Virus record (IMG/VR): IMGVR_UViG_2627853983_000003
Strand: one strand, 5' to 3'
From: a virus
Lineage: Duplodnaviria > Heunggongvirae > Uroviricota > Caudoviricetes
Length of the DNA: 44,347 bases
Shown here piece after piece: positions 16,619-24,712 of this stretch (positions are counted from its first letter, which is position 1; every line of letters begins with the position of its first letter). The translations under genes were made by a program, and so were the position numbers. The notes under the pieces were generated by a model, which was given only the letters and a program-made list of their open reading frames with translations, did not search any database and was not told the origin of the DNA.

Positions 16619-17668
16619 ATGGCTAATACTGTAAAAATATCCAGTTGTGAGTTAATCAACGCCGACTGCCTGGAATTTATCCGGTCGTTACCCGAAAATT
16701 CTGTTGACCTGATAGTCACGGACCCGCCGTACTTTAAAGTGAAGCCTGAGGGCTGGGATAACCAGTGGAAGGGCGACGATGATTACCTGAAGTGGCTGGA
16801 CCAGTGTCTGGCGCAGTTCTGGCGGGTGCTGAAACCTGCCGGAAGTCTTTACCTGTTCTGTGGTCATCGCCTGGCATCTGATATCGAAATCATGATGCGT
16901 GAACGCTTCAGTGTGCTGAACCATATTATCTGGGCGAAGCCGTCCGGACGCTGGAACGGATGCAACAAGGAAAGCCTGCGGGCGTATTTCCCCGCCACAG
17001 AGCGCATTCTGTTCGCGGAACATTATCAGGGGCCGTATCGTCCGAAAGATGCCGGGTATGCGGCGAAGGGCAGTGCACTGAAACAGCATGTGATGGCCCC
17101 GCTGATTTCTTACTTTCGTGATGCGCGCGCGGCCCTGGGGATAACGGCAAAACAGATTGCAGATGCCACAGGAAAGAAAAACATGGTGTCGCACTGGTTC
17201 AGTGCCAGTCAGTGGCAGCTACCGAACGAAAGCGATTATCTGAAATTACAGTCGCTGTTTGCCCGGGTGGCAGAAGAGAAACATCAGCGCGGTGAACTGG
17301 AAAAGCCCCACCACCAGCTGGTGGATACGTATACGTCACTGAACCGGCAGTATGTGGAGCTGCAGAGTGAATATAAGCATCTGCGGCGGTATTTTGGTGT
17401 GACGGCGCAGGTGCCGTACACGGATGTGTGGACACATAAACCGGTGCAGTTCTATCCCGGGAAACATCCGTGCGAAAAACCGGCAGAAATGCTGCAGCAG
17501 ATAATCAGCGCAAGCAGTCGTCCGGGTGACCTGGTTGCAGATTTTTTTATGGGCTCAGGTTCAACGGTAAAAGCGGCACTGGCGCTCGGGCGTCGTGCGA
17601 TTGGCGTTGAGCTGGAGACCGGACGTTTTGAGCAGACAGTCAGGGAAGTTCAGGGTTTAATCGTTTGA
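16619..17668 (+). CDS. DNA methyltransferase (N6-adenine or N4-cytosine; beta-class motif order), orphan
   Basis: Seen: motif IV DPPY (LIVTDPPYF) near the N-terminus and motif I (FFMGSGST) near the C-terminus, the permuted order of beta-class amino-MTases. No restriction endonuclease gene adjacent. Confidence 0.85.
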   Translation: MANTVKISSCELINADCLEFIRSLPENSVDLIVTDPPYFKVKPEGWDNQWKGDDDYLKWLDQCLAQFWRVLKPAGSLYLFCGHRLASDIEIMMRERFSVLNHIIWAKPSGRWNGCNKESLRAYFPATERILFAEHYQGPYRPKDAGYAAKGSALKQHVMAPLISYFRDARAALGITAKQIADATGKKNMVSHWFSASQWQLPNESDYLKLQSLFARVAEEKHQRGELEKPHHQLVDTYTSLNRQYVELQSEYKHLRRYFGVTAQVPYTDVWTHKPVQFYPGKHPCEKPAEMLQQIISASSRPGDLVADFFMGSGSTVKAALALGRRAIGVELETGRFEQTVREVQGLIV

Positions 17669-17716
17669 AACGGATGAGATTGCAGAATTAATTACGCACC
17701 ATTATTATTCTGCTCC

Positions 17717-17792
17717 CGGCCCTTTAGCTCAGTGGTGAGAGCGAGCGACTCATAATCGCCAGGTCGCTGGTTCAAATCCAGCAAGGGCCACC
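17717..17792 (+). tRNA. tRNA with CAU anticodon (Met, or Ile2 if lysidine-modified)
   Basis: Seen: hand-folded cloverleaf with 7-bp acceptor stem GGCCCTT/AAGGGCC, D-arm GCTC-AGTGGTGA-GAGC, anticodon loop CTCATAA (anticodon CAT), T-arm GCTGG-TTCAAAT-CCAGC, encoded CCA. Confidence 0.85.
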
Positions 17793-17893
17793 ATCACAAA
17801 CCGCCATTAGCTTATCAGGAAGAGCAGACGACACGATAACAGGGTTGTTGGTGCGGGGGCGGGTCCCCGATGGCGGTCCATTATCGGTATTCA

Positions 17894-17970
17894 GCGTTGT
17901 TAGCTCAGCCGGACAGAGCAATTGCCTTCTAAGCAATCGGTCACTGGTTCGAATCCAGTACAGCGCGCCA
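17894..17970 (+). tRNA. tRNA-Arg (anticodon UCU)
   Basis: Seen: hand-folded cloverleaf with acceptor GCGTTGT/ACAGCGC (one G-U pair), anticodon arm ATTGC-CTTCTAA-GCAAT (anticodon TCT), T-arm ACTGG-TTCGAAT-CCAGT, encoded CCA. Confidence 0.85.
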
Positions 17971-18107
17971 TATTCATTCTTCCAGATTCCTTCCGGCAGA
18001 GCCTTATACTGAAATATACCTGGCTCAGGATATTGTTGAAAATATTATATGTTTGTCAAAAATAAAAGTTCTGTTAAGTGTTGATTGAGTGTTTGTTATA
18101 CGGTCTA

Positions 18108-18434
18108 ATGGTTTTTTCAGCATTAAATATTTATCATTCATATGGTGTGGGTAGAGTGAATATTGATGAGGCGTCGGGGTGTTTCATCCTTAGGCAGCGT
18201 ATTGATATAGTCAATGCAGCACGAGCAAAGGCCTTCAGCCGTTTGACAGTTTTGTTCTGTACTCCTGATCGTCTTTCGGGAAGAGACGTTATTATTCTGA
18301 ATAGTGATGCTATACAGAGGGTTTGCGATGAGTTCATGGTGGCTAATTCAGAATTATTTACTCTTGTTCAGGAGTACAACAGAATAGCCAGGACCTGTGG
18401 TATGGATGAACTTCGGATTACTCATCTGGGGTAG
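18108..18434 (+). CDS. Hypothetical protein in the AT-rich cargo island (about 108 aa from the first ATG)
   Basis: Seen: ORF in the low-GC region at the stx position; start uncertain (ORF track begins at a GTG at 18078, first ATG near 18108, no clear Shine-Dalgarno). No family recognised. Confidence 0.3.
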   Translation: MVFSALNIYHSYGVGRVNIDEASGCFILRQRIDIVNAARAKAFSRLTVLFCTPDRLSGRDVIILNSDAIQRVCDEFMVANSELFTLVQEYNRIARTCGMDELRITHLG

Positions 18435-18825
18435 ATACATATCTGGATTATCACCGGTTACGGTAAAAAGTGATTGCTTACTGTTTTTGTGAATGGCATT
18501 GCTGCAGCCGGATAATGTCAGTGCTGGCTGACGGTGTGCTGGTGGCGGGTGTGGTGGTTGTTGCTTTCCCGTTGCTGAAAAAGAAAACGCCAGACTGTTA
18601 GCCGGGTATCAGTTAGCGGGAGAAATTTTTAAATACTTCACAATTCAGGCGGTTGATTGTTGTCTGGTTTGCGGGGAGTTTGTTAAAAGAAACTGGCATG
18701 GTGAATCCCCCTGTGCGGAGGGGCAATCAGCGAGTAGGTATATGGGATAATCGCGGATTCAGGTGCTGGTACTGAATTCACCGGGAGGCACCCGGCACCA
18801 TGCAATGGCACATAGCGCCACTCTC

Positions 18826-18854
18826 CAGCCCCTCTCCGGAGGGGCTGTTTATAT
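18826..18854 (+). terminator. Intrinsic terminator inside the cargo island
   Basis: Seen: CAGCCCCTC-tccg-GAGGGGCTG 9-bp stem followed by TTTATATTGATTTT. Confidence 0.5.
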
Positions 18855-18881
18855 TGATTTTGTCAGATGTGAGTAAACTCC

Positions 18882-19217
18882 TTATGGACTTTGTTGTTTT
18901 AGTCCATAAGGACATATTTGCAGAGTGCAACGGTTATTAAAGCATTCATTCAATACGTTATCTGTATTTGTAGGGCATTCCTGGCTGTTTTTGATTAAAT
19001 TCCAGAATGTTTTATTGAATGGTACTACGTTGTAAATGGTTACAGGTAGCACTTTGTTATTGAGCATGATGCCTGTGTGAGTCAGTGTAAATATACTTTC
19101 AGGAGGTAAGAAAGCATCCGATTGATACCAGATTATTAATTTTATTTTACTCCATATGACTGAAAAAGATATTCCGCATGATGGCTGGATAACTGTATCA
19201 ATCACAATCCACTTCAT
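18882..19217 (-). CDS. Hypothetical Cys-containing protein (111 aa), reverse-oriented low-GC moron
   Basis: Seen: ATG at 19217 preceded by AGGAAA Shine-Dalgarno; AT-rich upstream region (19220-19460) with promoter-like hexamers. Oriented against late transcription; about 33% GC versus about 50% for the prophage backbone. No family recognised. Confidence 0.4.
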   Translation of the reverse strand: MKWIVIDTVIQPSCGISFSVIWSKIKLIIWYQSDAFLPPESIFTLTHTGIMLNNKVLPVTIYNVVPFNKTFWNLIKNSQECPTNTDNVLNECFNNRCTLQICPYGLKQQSP

Positions 19218-19477
19218 TTAGTTTCCTTGTTTATGCCTTGCTGGTGATGTTCTGAAAAGTATAAATGATATTTTTGATTGTAAACCATAGAGCAGAATTA
19301 TTTTTCTGATGTTGTTTATTGTTTATTTAAATGCAGGGTGGTTTATATCTCGTCTTGTAGTTTATCCATGCATATCTGCTTGATGATGAGGTTTTTATTT
19401 AAGGTATGGTTTTGTGTTTTTTCTGTATTACATGTCAGGTATTTTAAAGAATCATTTTTCAGATGGTGGAAAGAACC

Positions 19478-21331
19478 ATGGCATTTAAACACTATGATGT
19501 TGTCAGGGCGGCGTCGCCGTCAGATCTTGCGGAAAAGCTGACACATAAACTGAAAGAGGGCTGGCAGCCGTTTGGTAGTCCGGTGGCCATAACCCCTTAT
19601 ACCCTGATGCAGGCGATTGCAGCAGAAGGTGATGTGGTCGTCAGTGGTGCAACTGAGCCGGAGTGGTACTACGTCATCGTACTGGCCGGGCAATCCAATG
19701 CCATGGCTTACGGTGAAGGGCTTCCGCTTCCGGATTCATACGATGCGCCCCATCCGCGCATTAAGCAACTGGCCCGTCGTAACACAGTGACTCCCGGTGG
19801 TGAAGTATGCGTATTTAACGACATCATTCCTGCTGACCATTGTCTGCATGATGTTCAGGATATGAGTACGATTAACCATCCCCGGGCTGACCTGAGCAAA
19901 GGGCAGTACGGCTGTGTCGGACAGGGCTTACATATTGCCAAAAAACTGCTTCCGTATATCCCTAATAATGCGGGGATCCTGCTGGTACCATGCTGTCGTG
20001 GTGGTTCGGCATTCACCCAGGGCACGGAGGGGACATTCAGCGAGTCCACGGGGGCCAGTCAGGATTCGGCTCGCTGGGGAGTGGGTAAGCCGTTATATCA
20101 GGATCTGCTTTTCCGCACGAAGGCAGCATTGCAGAAAAACCCGAAAAACGTTTTGCTGGCGATATGCTGGATGCAGGGGGAATTCGATATGACGAATGCC
20201 AGTTACGCCCAGCAGCCAGCAGCATTTCTTGCAATGGTACAGCAGTTCCGTGCTGACCTTGCCGGGCTGGCGGCGCAGTGTCACGGTGGAAGTCCGGCAT
20301 CAGTCCCCTGGATTTGTGGCGACACGACATACGCGTGGAAACAAGAACACGGTACGCAATATGAAGTGGTATATGGTGCATATAAAGGTAAAGAATCCCA
20401 GCAGATTTATTTTGTTCCCTTTATGACCGATGGTAGCGGAGTTAATACACCGACAAACAACCCGTCAGAAGATCCTGATATTGCCGGGTCTGGTTATTAC
20501 GGTTCGGCATCCCGAACGAACAAAAACTGGGTATCATCAAATCGCCCGACGCATTTCAGCTCATGGGCGCGTCGTGGCATTATTCCCGATCGTATGGCAA
20601 CTGCTATTCTGAACGTAGCCGGTCGCACCTTAGCCTTCATTAGTGGTAAGGCACCGGAAATCAAACCCTCGCCCGGCGGCGACACGCCATCGGGGCCGTC
20701 TGAAGATGCATCCGTACGCACAATCTCCCTGTTGCCGACAGCCGGAGATGCTGCTGCGCAGGGCTGGAGCATTAAGAATGGCGGAATTCAGTTGTCAGAT
20801 GGTGTATTTAAGATCACCAAGCAGAGCAATAAAGCCTGGTCCCTGACGCGCCCGGTGGATGACGCAGTCTCCCTGCTGACACGGGGTGGCAGACTGAGCT
20901 GTAAGTTTCGACTGTCAGGCGCACTGACCAACAATCAGTTCGGTCTGGGAATTTATCTGTATACCGATGTAGCGTTACCTGACGTCGTGGCGATGACCGG
21001 GACTGGTAACCCGTTCCTGATGTCGTTCTTCACCCAGACCACAGACGGCAAACTGAATCTGATGCATCACAAGAAAGCAGGAAACACAAAGTTGGGCGAG
21101 TTCGGGAATTACAGTAACGACTGGCAGACGCTGGAGCTGGTGTTCACCGCCGGCAGTGCCACGGTTACTCCGAAACTGAATGGAGTGGCTGGCCCGGCAT
21201 TCCAGGTCATAAAAGACAGTCTGACACTGGGGCTGAATGCGCTGACGCTGACGGATATTACCAAAAATGCAACGTATGGCGTTGAGATAGAAAGTCTGGT
21301 GCTGGAGATAAATGCACCGGCATCATCATAA
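19478..21331 (+). CDS. nanS: Prophage sialate O-acetylesterase NanS-p (N-terminal DUF1737, SGNH-type esterase domain)
   Basis: Seen: N-terminus MAFKHYDVVRAASPSDLAEKL... and esterase motif VLAGQSNAMAY. Established: Stx and related lambdoid phages carry nanS-p between the stx position and the lysis genes. ATG at 19478 has a GGTGGA Shine-Dalgarno; 19463 is an alternative start. Confidence 0.8.
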   Translation: MAFKHYDVVRAASPSDLAEKLTHKLKEGWQPFGSPVAITPYTLMQAIAAEGDVVVSGATEPEWYYVIVLAGQSNAMAYGEGLPLPDSYDAPHPRIKQLARRNTVTPGGEVCVFNDIIPADHCLHDVQDMSTINHPRADLSKGQYGCVGQGLHIAKKLLPYIPNNAGILLVPCCRGGSAFTQGTEGTFSESTGASQDSARWGVGKPLYQDLLFRTKAALQKNPKNVLLAICWMQGEFDMTNASYAQQPAAFLAMVQQFRADLAGLAAQCHGGSPASVPWICGDTTYAWKQEHGTQYEVVYGAYKGKESQQIYFVPFMTDGSGVNTPTNNPSEDPDIAGSGYYGSASRTNKNWVSSNRPTHFSSWARRGIIPDRMATAILNVAGRTLAFISGKAPEIKPSPGGDTPSGPSEDASVRTISLLPTAGDAAAQGWSIKNGGIQLSDGVFKITKQSNKAWSLTRPVDDAVSLLTRGGRLSCKFRLSGALTNNQFGLGIYLYTDVALPDVVAMTGTGNPFLMSFFTQTTDGKLNLMHHKKAGNTKLGEFGNYSNDWQTLELVFTAGSATVTPKLNGVAGPAFQVIKDSLTLGLNALTLTDITKNATYGVEIESLVLEINAPASS

Positions 21332-21481
21332 AAAGTGAGCCAGTCAAATGGAAGGTATCGTTAAACTCACCGGTAGTGTCAGTGGGTCGTCTGAGATGCC
21401 TGCATGAGTTATCAGAGCCATCAGTACTTAACTGGTGGCTTTTTTTATTGTTGTCAGCTTCCGGATAACGGGAGACGGGGT

Positions 21482-21697
21482 ATGTACCAGATGGAAAAAA
21501 TCACAACAGGTGTGTCATACACCACGTCAGCGGTGGGAACGGGCTACTGGTTCCTGCAGTTGCTGGACAGGGTTTCCCCGTCTCAGTGGGCGGCAATAGG
21601 CGTGCTGGGGAGTCTGCTGTTTGGGCTGCTGACATATCTGACTAACCTGTATTTCAAAATCAGAGAGGACCGTCGTAAGGCGGCACGGGGAGAGTAA
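21482..21697 (+). CDS. Holin, phage-21 S-type pinholin with dual-start motif
   Basis: Seen: [71 protein letters not shown] closely resembles my recollection of the S21 pinholin; two in-frame Met codons at codons 1 and 4. Confidence 0.8.
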   Translation: MYQMEKITTGVSYTTSAVGTGYWFLQLLDRVSPSQWAAIGVLGSLLFGLLTYLTNLYFKIREDRRKAARGE

Positions 21698-21701
21698 TTC
21701 A

Positions 21702-22046
21702 ATGACTCAAAACTATGAACTGATTGTGAAAGGGATCCGCAATTTTGAGAATAAAGTTACGGTAACTTTAGCGTTACGGGACAAAAAACGCTTTGACGGT
21801 GAAATTTTTGACCTGGACATCTCGCTGGACCGTGTTGAAGGTGCCGCGCTGGAGTTTTATGAGGCAGCAGCCAGAAGGAGCATCAGACAGGTCTTCCTGG
21901 ATGTTGCTGCCGGGTTATGTGAAGGGGATGAGCAGTCGCCGGAAAAGCGCCCCGTAATTTTAGAGGCGCAGGATGTGTTGATAACCTACAGAGGAAAACT
22001 ACCGGGAATAATTACGGGTTCTCTGAAGAGTCCGCCGAAATGGTAA
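21702..22046 (+). CDS. Hypothetical acidic protein between holin and endolysin (possibly YdfR-like)
   Basis: Seen: 114-aa ORF starting 5 nt after the holin stop with a G-rich Shine-Dalgarno. Inference: Qin carries ydfR in this slot, but I cannot confirm sequence identity from memory. Confidence 0.45.
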   Translation: MTQNYELIVKGIRNFENKVTVTLALRDKKRFDGEIFDLDISLDRVEGAALEFYEAAARRSIRQVFLDVAAGLCEGDEQSPEKRPVILEAQDVLITYRGKLPGIITGSLKSPPKW

Positions 22047-22284
22047 TTTTACCAGCATATTTTTCATCCAGTAATACAGCAAGCCGCCTGAAAGAGTCTT
22101 GTTGTTCCTGAGACCATTTGGGATTGCATGATTCAAACTGGATTGATGCCAGCGTTGATTGCATCTGTTCCCTTGGAATTGAGAATGCCAGATATGAGAA
22201 GGCGACGGTAAGGGTATTCACGTCTTCCCGAAGCCTGGAAATGCTGTCGAGCAACTCCTGTAGAGAAATGGTGTTATTGTCCAT
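22012..22284 (-). CDS. Hypothetical protein (90 aa) encoded antisense within the lysis cassette
   Basis: Seen: minus-strand ORF with GAGGA Shine-Dalgarno 7 nt before the ATG at 22284; its 3' end overlaps the 114-aa gene by 35 bp; inverted repeat CAGCCTG-N6-CAGGCTG about 40 bp upstream. No family recognised. Confidence 0.4.
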   Translation of the reverse strand: MDNNTISLQELLDSISRLREDVNTLTVAFSYLAFSIPREQMQSTLASIQFESCNPKWSQEQQDSFRRLAVLLDEKYAGKITISADSSENP

Positions 22285-22389
22285 AAATAATCCTCATGAT
22301 TGTATTGACCTGTTAGCAGCCTGAGGCAACAGGCTGGAACTGATAAACATATCCAGGGCTCAGAAACCGATAAATCCTGATAAATATCC

Positions 22390-22923
22390 ATGAACGCAAA
22401 AATCAGATACGGCCTGTCGGCTGCCGTTCTGGCGCTGATTGCCGCTGGTGCGCCTGCGCCTGACATTCTCGACCAGTTTCTGGATGAAAAGGAAGGTAAC
22501 CACACCACGGCATACCGTGATGGCGCGGGTATCTGGACCATCTGCCGCGGTGCCATCCTGGTGGATGGCAAACCTGTCGTTCCGGGCATGAAGTTGTCGA
22601 AGGAAAAATGCGACCGGGTTAACGCCATTGAGCGTGATAAGGCGCTGGCATGGGTGGAGAAAAACATCAAAGTGCCATTGACCGAACCCCAGAAAGCGGG
22701 GATCGCGTCATTCTGTCCGTACAACATTGGTCCCGGTAAGTGTTTCCCGTCGACGTTTTACAGACGAATTAATGCAGGTGATCGCAGGGGAGCATGCGAA
22801 GCGATTCGCTGGTGGATTAAGGACGGTGGCAGAGACTGCCGTATTCGCTCAAATAACTGTTACGGTCAGGTATTCCGTCGTGACCAGGAGAGCGCGCTGG
22901 CGTGCTGGGGAATCGACAGATAA
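22390..22923 (+). CDS. SAR endolysin (T4-lysozyme-like muramidase with N-terminal signal-anchor-release segment)
   Basis: Seen: Gly/Ala-rich weakly hydrophobic N-terminus (YGLSAAVLALIAAGAPA) followed by an E-x8-D-x5-T catalytic pattern (EGNHTTAYRDGAGIWT); pairs with the pinholin upstream. Confidence 0.85.
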   Translation: MNAKIRYGLSAAVLALIAAGAPAPDILDQFLDEKEGNHTTAYRDGAGIWTICRGAILVDGKPVVPGMKLSKEKCDRVNAIERDKALAWVEKNIKVPLTEPQKAGIASFCPYNIGPGKCFPSTFYRRINAGDRRGACEAIRWWIKDGGRDCRIRSNNCYGQVFRRDQESALACWGIDR

Positions 22924-23014
22924 GCAGAATATTTTGCTGAAAAATGAGGTTGGCCAACGCGGGCGGATAACACGAAGTCCTGTGAACTGGCAAAACCTAA
23001 GTGAATAAAAGTAA

Positions 23015-23052
23015 AAACCCCGTTTGTTGGCAGCAAGCGGGGTTTTGTTTTT
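23015..23052 (+). terminator. Intrinsic terminator downstream of the endolysin gene
   Basis: Seen: AAACCCCG...CGGGGTTT stem followed by TGTTTTT. Confidence 0.5.
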
Positions 23053-23117
23053 ATGGCAGTAAGCTATGGGAGGCTGCCTTGATTGATTTTAGCAAACTGA
23101 TTAGGGAGTTGCGACTC

Positions 23118-23213
23118 ATGATTAGTCAATTACCAAACTGGAAATTTTTGCTGGTCTGGAGCATCCCTTTTTTATGGGTAGTATCCCAGTTAATTGTGGC
23201 AATTAAGGGGTAG
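23118..23213 (+). CDS. Mini-ORF 1 (31 aa), predicted single-pass membrane peptide
   Basis: Seen: MISQLPNWKFLLVWSIPFLWVVSQLIVAIKG with GGGAG Shine-Dalgarno 11 nt upstream; its stop is 2 nt before the next ATG. Confidence 0.35.
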   Translation: MISQLPNWKFLLVWSIPFLWVVSQLIVAIKG

Positions 23214-23215
23214 CT

Positions 23216-23347
23216 ATGTCAGACAAACTCATAACGCCGGCAAAGGTCCTGTGTGTGATTGTCGGTATTTCATTTTCACTAATGCTGGTTGCTCTTTTTC
23301 TGTCCCTCGCCTGGGTGATGTTGTCTTCGTCGGGGCTGCTGGGGTGA
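23216..23347 (+). CDS. Mini-ORF 2 (43 aa), predicted membrane peptide
   Basis: Seen: MSDKLITPAKVLCVIVGISFSLMLVALFLSLAWVMLSSSGLLG with AAGGGG Shine-Dalgarno; its stop overlaps the next start (GTGA). Confidence 0.4.
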   Translation: MSDKLITPAKVLCVIVGISFSLMLVALFLSLAWVMLSSSGLLG

Positions 23348-23466
23348 CAGTGACTGATGACATCAGCAGAGCGCTGGCTTTTGCTATTAAGTGGGTGGCT
23401 GTTGGTATTGCTGTGTCTCCGATGCTGTATGGGCTGGCAAAACTGGTCATTGCGCTGAAATCGTGA
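23344..23466 (+). CDS. Mini-ORF 3 (40 aa, GTG start), predicted membrane peptide
   Basis: Seen: (M)TVTDDISRALAFAIKWVAVGIAVSPMLYGLAKLVIALKS, coupled to ORF 2 via GTGA overlap; shares the motif A-(L/M)-AFAI-(K/R)-x-VA-(V/I) with mini-ORF 4. Confidence 0.35.
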   Translation: MTVTDDISRALAFAIKWVAVGIAVSPMLYGLAKLVIALKS

Positions 23467-23477
23467 ACTTTAAAAAG

Positions 23478-23564
23478 ATGAGTGCTGAACTTATTCGGGC
23501 AATGGCATTTGCCATTCGTATTGTGGCCATTGCTGTTCTGGTCTGGGCAATCCGTTGGTGGTGA
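23478..23564 (+). CDS. Mini-ORF 4 (28 aa), predicted membrane peptide
   Basis: Seen: [28 protein letters not shown]; its stop is 1 nt before the Rz ATG. Confidence 0.35.
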   Translation: MSAELIRAMAFAIRIVAIAVLVWAIRWW

Positions 23565-23565
23565 T

Positions 23566-24060
23566 ATGAACCGTGTTCTGTGTGTGGTGATTATTGTCAT
23601 GCTGGTAGCCTGTGGTGTGCTTAGTCTGGGGCTGAATCATTACCGCGATAACGCCATCACCTACAAAGCGCAGCGCGATAAAAAAGTCAGTGAGCTGAAA
23701 CTGGCGAATGCCACTATTACTGACATGCAGCAGCGCCAGCGAGATGTCGCTGCGCTTGATGCCAGATACACGAAGGAATTAGCCGATGCGAGAGCTGAAA
23801 ATGAAACTCTGCGCGCTGATGTTGCCGCTGGTCGTAAGCGCCTGCGGGTCAACGCCACCTGCCCCGGTACCGTGCGTGAAGCCACCGGCACCTCCAGCGT
23901 GGATAATGCAACCGGCCCCCGACTGGCAGACACCGCTGAACGGGATTATTTCATCCTCAGAGAACGGTTGATGACAATGCAGAAGCAGCTGGAAGGGGCG
24001 CAGGAATATATCCGCACTCAGTGCACTAAGCTGGCTTTTTATTATCCGGAGGATACATGA
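23566..24060 (+). CDS. Rz i-spanin
   Basis: Seen: N-terminal TM segment ([23 protein letters not shown]), coiled-coil-like body, and an embedded +1-frame lipoprotein gene. The ORF-track start at 23482 is upstream and in frame. Confidence 0.8.
   Translation: MNRVLCVVIIVMLVACGVLSLGLNHYRDNAITYKAQRDKKVSELKLANATITDMQQRQRDVAALDARYTKELADARAENETLRADVAAGRKRLRVNATCPGTVREATGTSSVDNATGPRLADTAERDYFILRERLMTMQKQLEGAQEYIRTQCTKLAFYYPEDT
23801..23971 (+). CDS. Rz1 o-spanin (lipoprotein embedded in Rz in the +1 frame)
   Basis: Seen: [34 protein letters not shown]..., a lipobox (VVSAC) followed by a proline-rich sequence, entirely inside Rz. Confidence 0.7.
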   Translation: MKLCALMLPLVVSACGSTPPAPVPCVKPPAPPAWIMQPAPDWQTPLNGIISSSENG

Positions 24061-24272
24061 AGAAATTACGGGTAACCGTAGAACCTTTTCAGGGAACAAT
24101 TCCGTTCCGTATTTTGCAGCGTGGTCGTGTTCTTGTTGAAGGTTCGTTCAGTGGTAAATGTACGCAATTACACTCCCGGACCTTTCAGGTGAATGCCACG
24201 AATGAAGAGCTAACCGTGGAGTGTACGATGAATGCCGCTAAATGCCGCATGGTATTACAGCCAGTGTGTTGA
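24057..24272 (+). CDS. Hypothetical protein (71 aa) translationally coupled to Rz
   Basis: Seen: ATG overlaps the Rz stop (ATGA) and has a GGAGG Shine-Dalgarno; no family recognised. Confidence 0.4.
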   Translation: MKKLRVTVEPFQGTIPFRILQRGRVLVEGSFSGKCTQLHSRTFQVNATNEELTVECTMNAAKCRMVLQPVC

Positions 24273-24470
24273 GCGACCTTATTATCCATGCGCGGTATTG
24301 TCGCCGTATTCCTGCATTAACAGAGACCGCAGCCCGACAGGGAGACTCCTCTGCGCGAGTGTGCGGGGATAATCAAAAACGATACACACCGGGGTTTACC
24401 GCGTTAACGGAGCGCGGCGTTGTCCCCTCATAGTCGCCTGTCCGGTGCGATGGTGGAAGAAACCGAACGT

Positions 24471-24671
24471 TCATTTCTCGTTATTTGTCATGCTGGCCGG
24501 GCGCAGATGCGTTGCATCTGTTGCCAGCCTTCTCCTGCAGGCTTCAATAACCCACGCTGAAAAGTTACCGGACCCTTTATGCTCAAGGGCGATGTTGATC
24601 TGTTCAATTATGTGATTGGGGAAACGGATATTGCGGGTTGTGGTTCTGCGGGTCCGGTTTTTCGATGACAT
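24471..24671 (-). CDS. Small ribbon-helix-helix-like protein (YlcI/YnfO-like, 66 aa)
   Basis: Seen: MSSKNRTRRTTTRNIRFPNHIIEQINIALEHKGSGNFSAWVIEACRRRL with AAGGA Shine-Dalgarno. Inference: resembles the small proteins found between lysis and terminase genes in DLP12/Qin; family assignment is from memory. Confidence 0.45.
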   Translation of the reverse strand: MSSKNRTRRTTTRNIRFPNHIIEQINIALEHKGSGNFSAWVIEACRRRLATDATHLRPASMTNNEK

Positions 24672-24712
24672 ATTTATTTCCTTTACTGATTGCCATATGA
24701 CGGGGATTTTAC

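Noticed and set aside
17971-19462. Shiga toxin genes (stxA/stxB) expected between the tRNA cluster and nanS-p
   Set aside because: The ORFs here do not resemble StxA or StxB; no A-subunit active-site region or B-subunit-sized secreted protein is present. The locus carries other cargo.
24242-24433. 63-aa plus-strand ORF between the Rz-coupled gene and the ylcI-like gene
   Set aside because: No ribosome-binding site, and overlaps the probable terminator region of the convergent minus-strand gene; weak coding signal.
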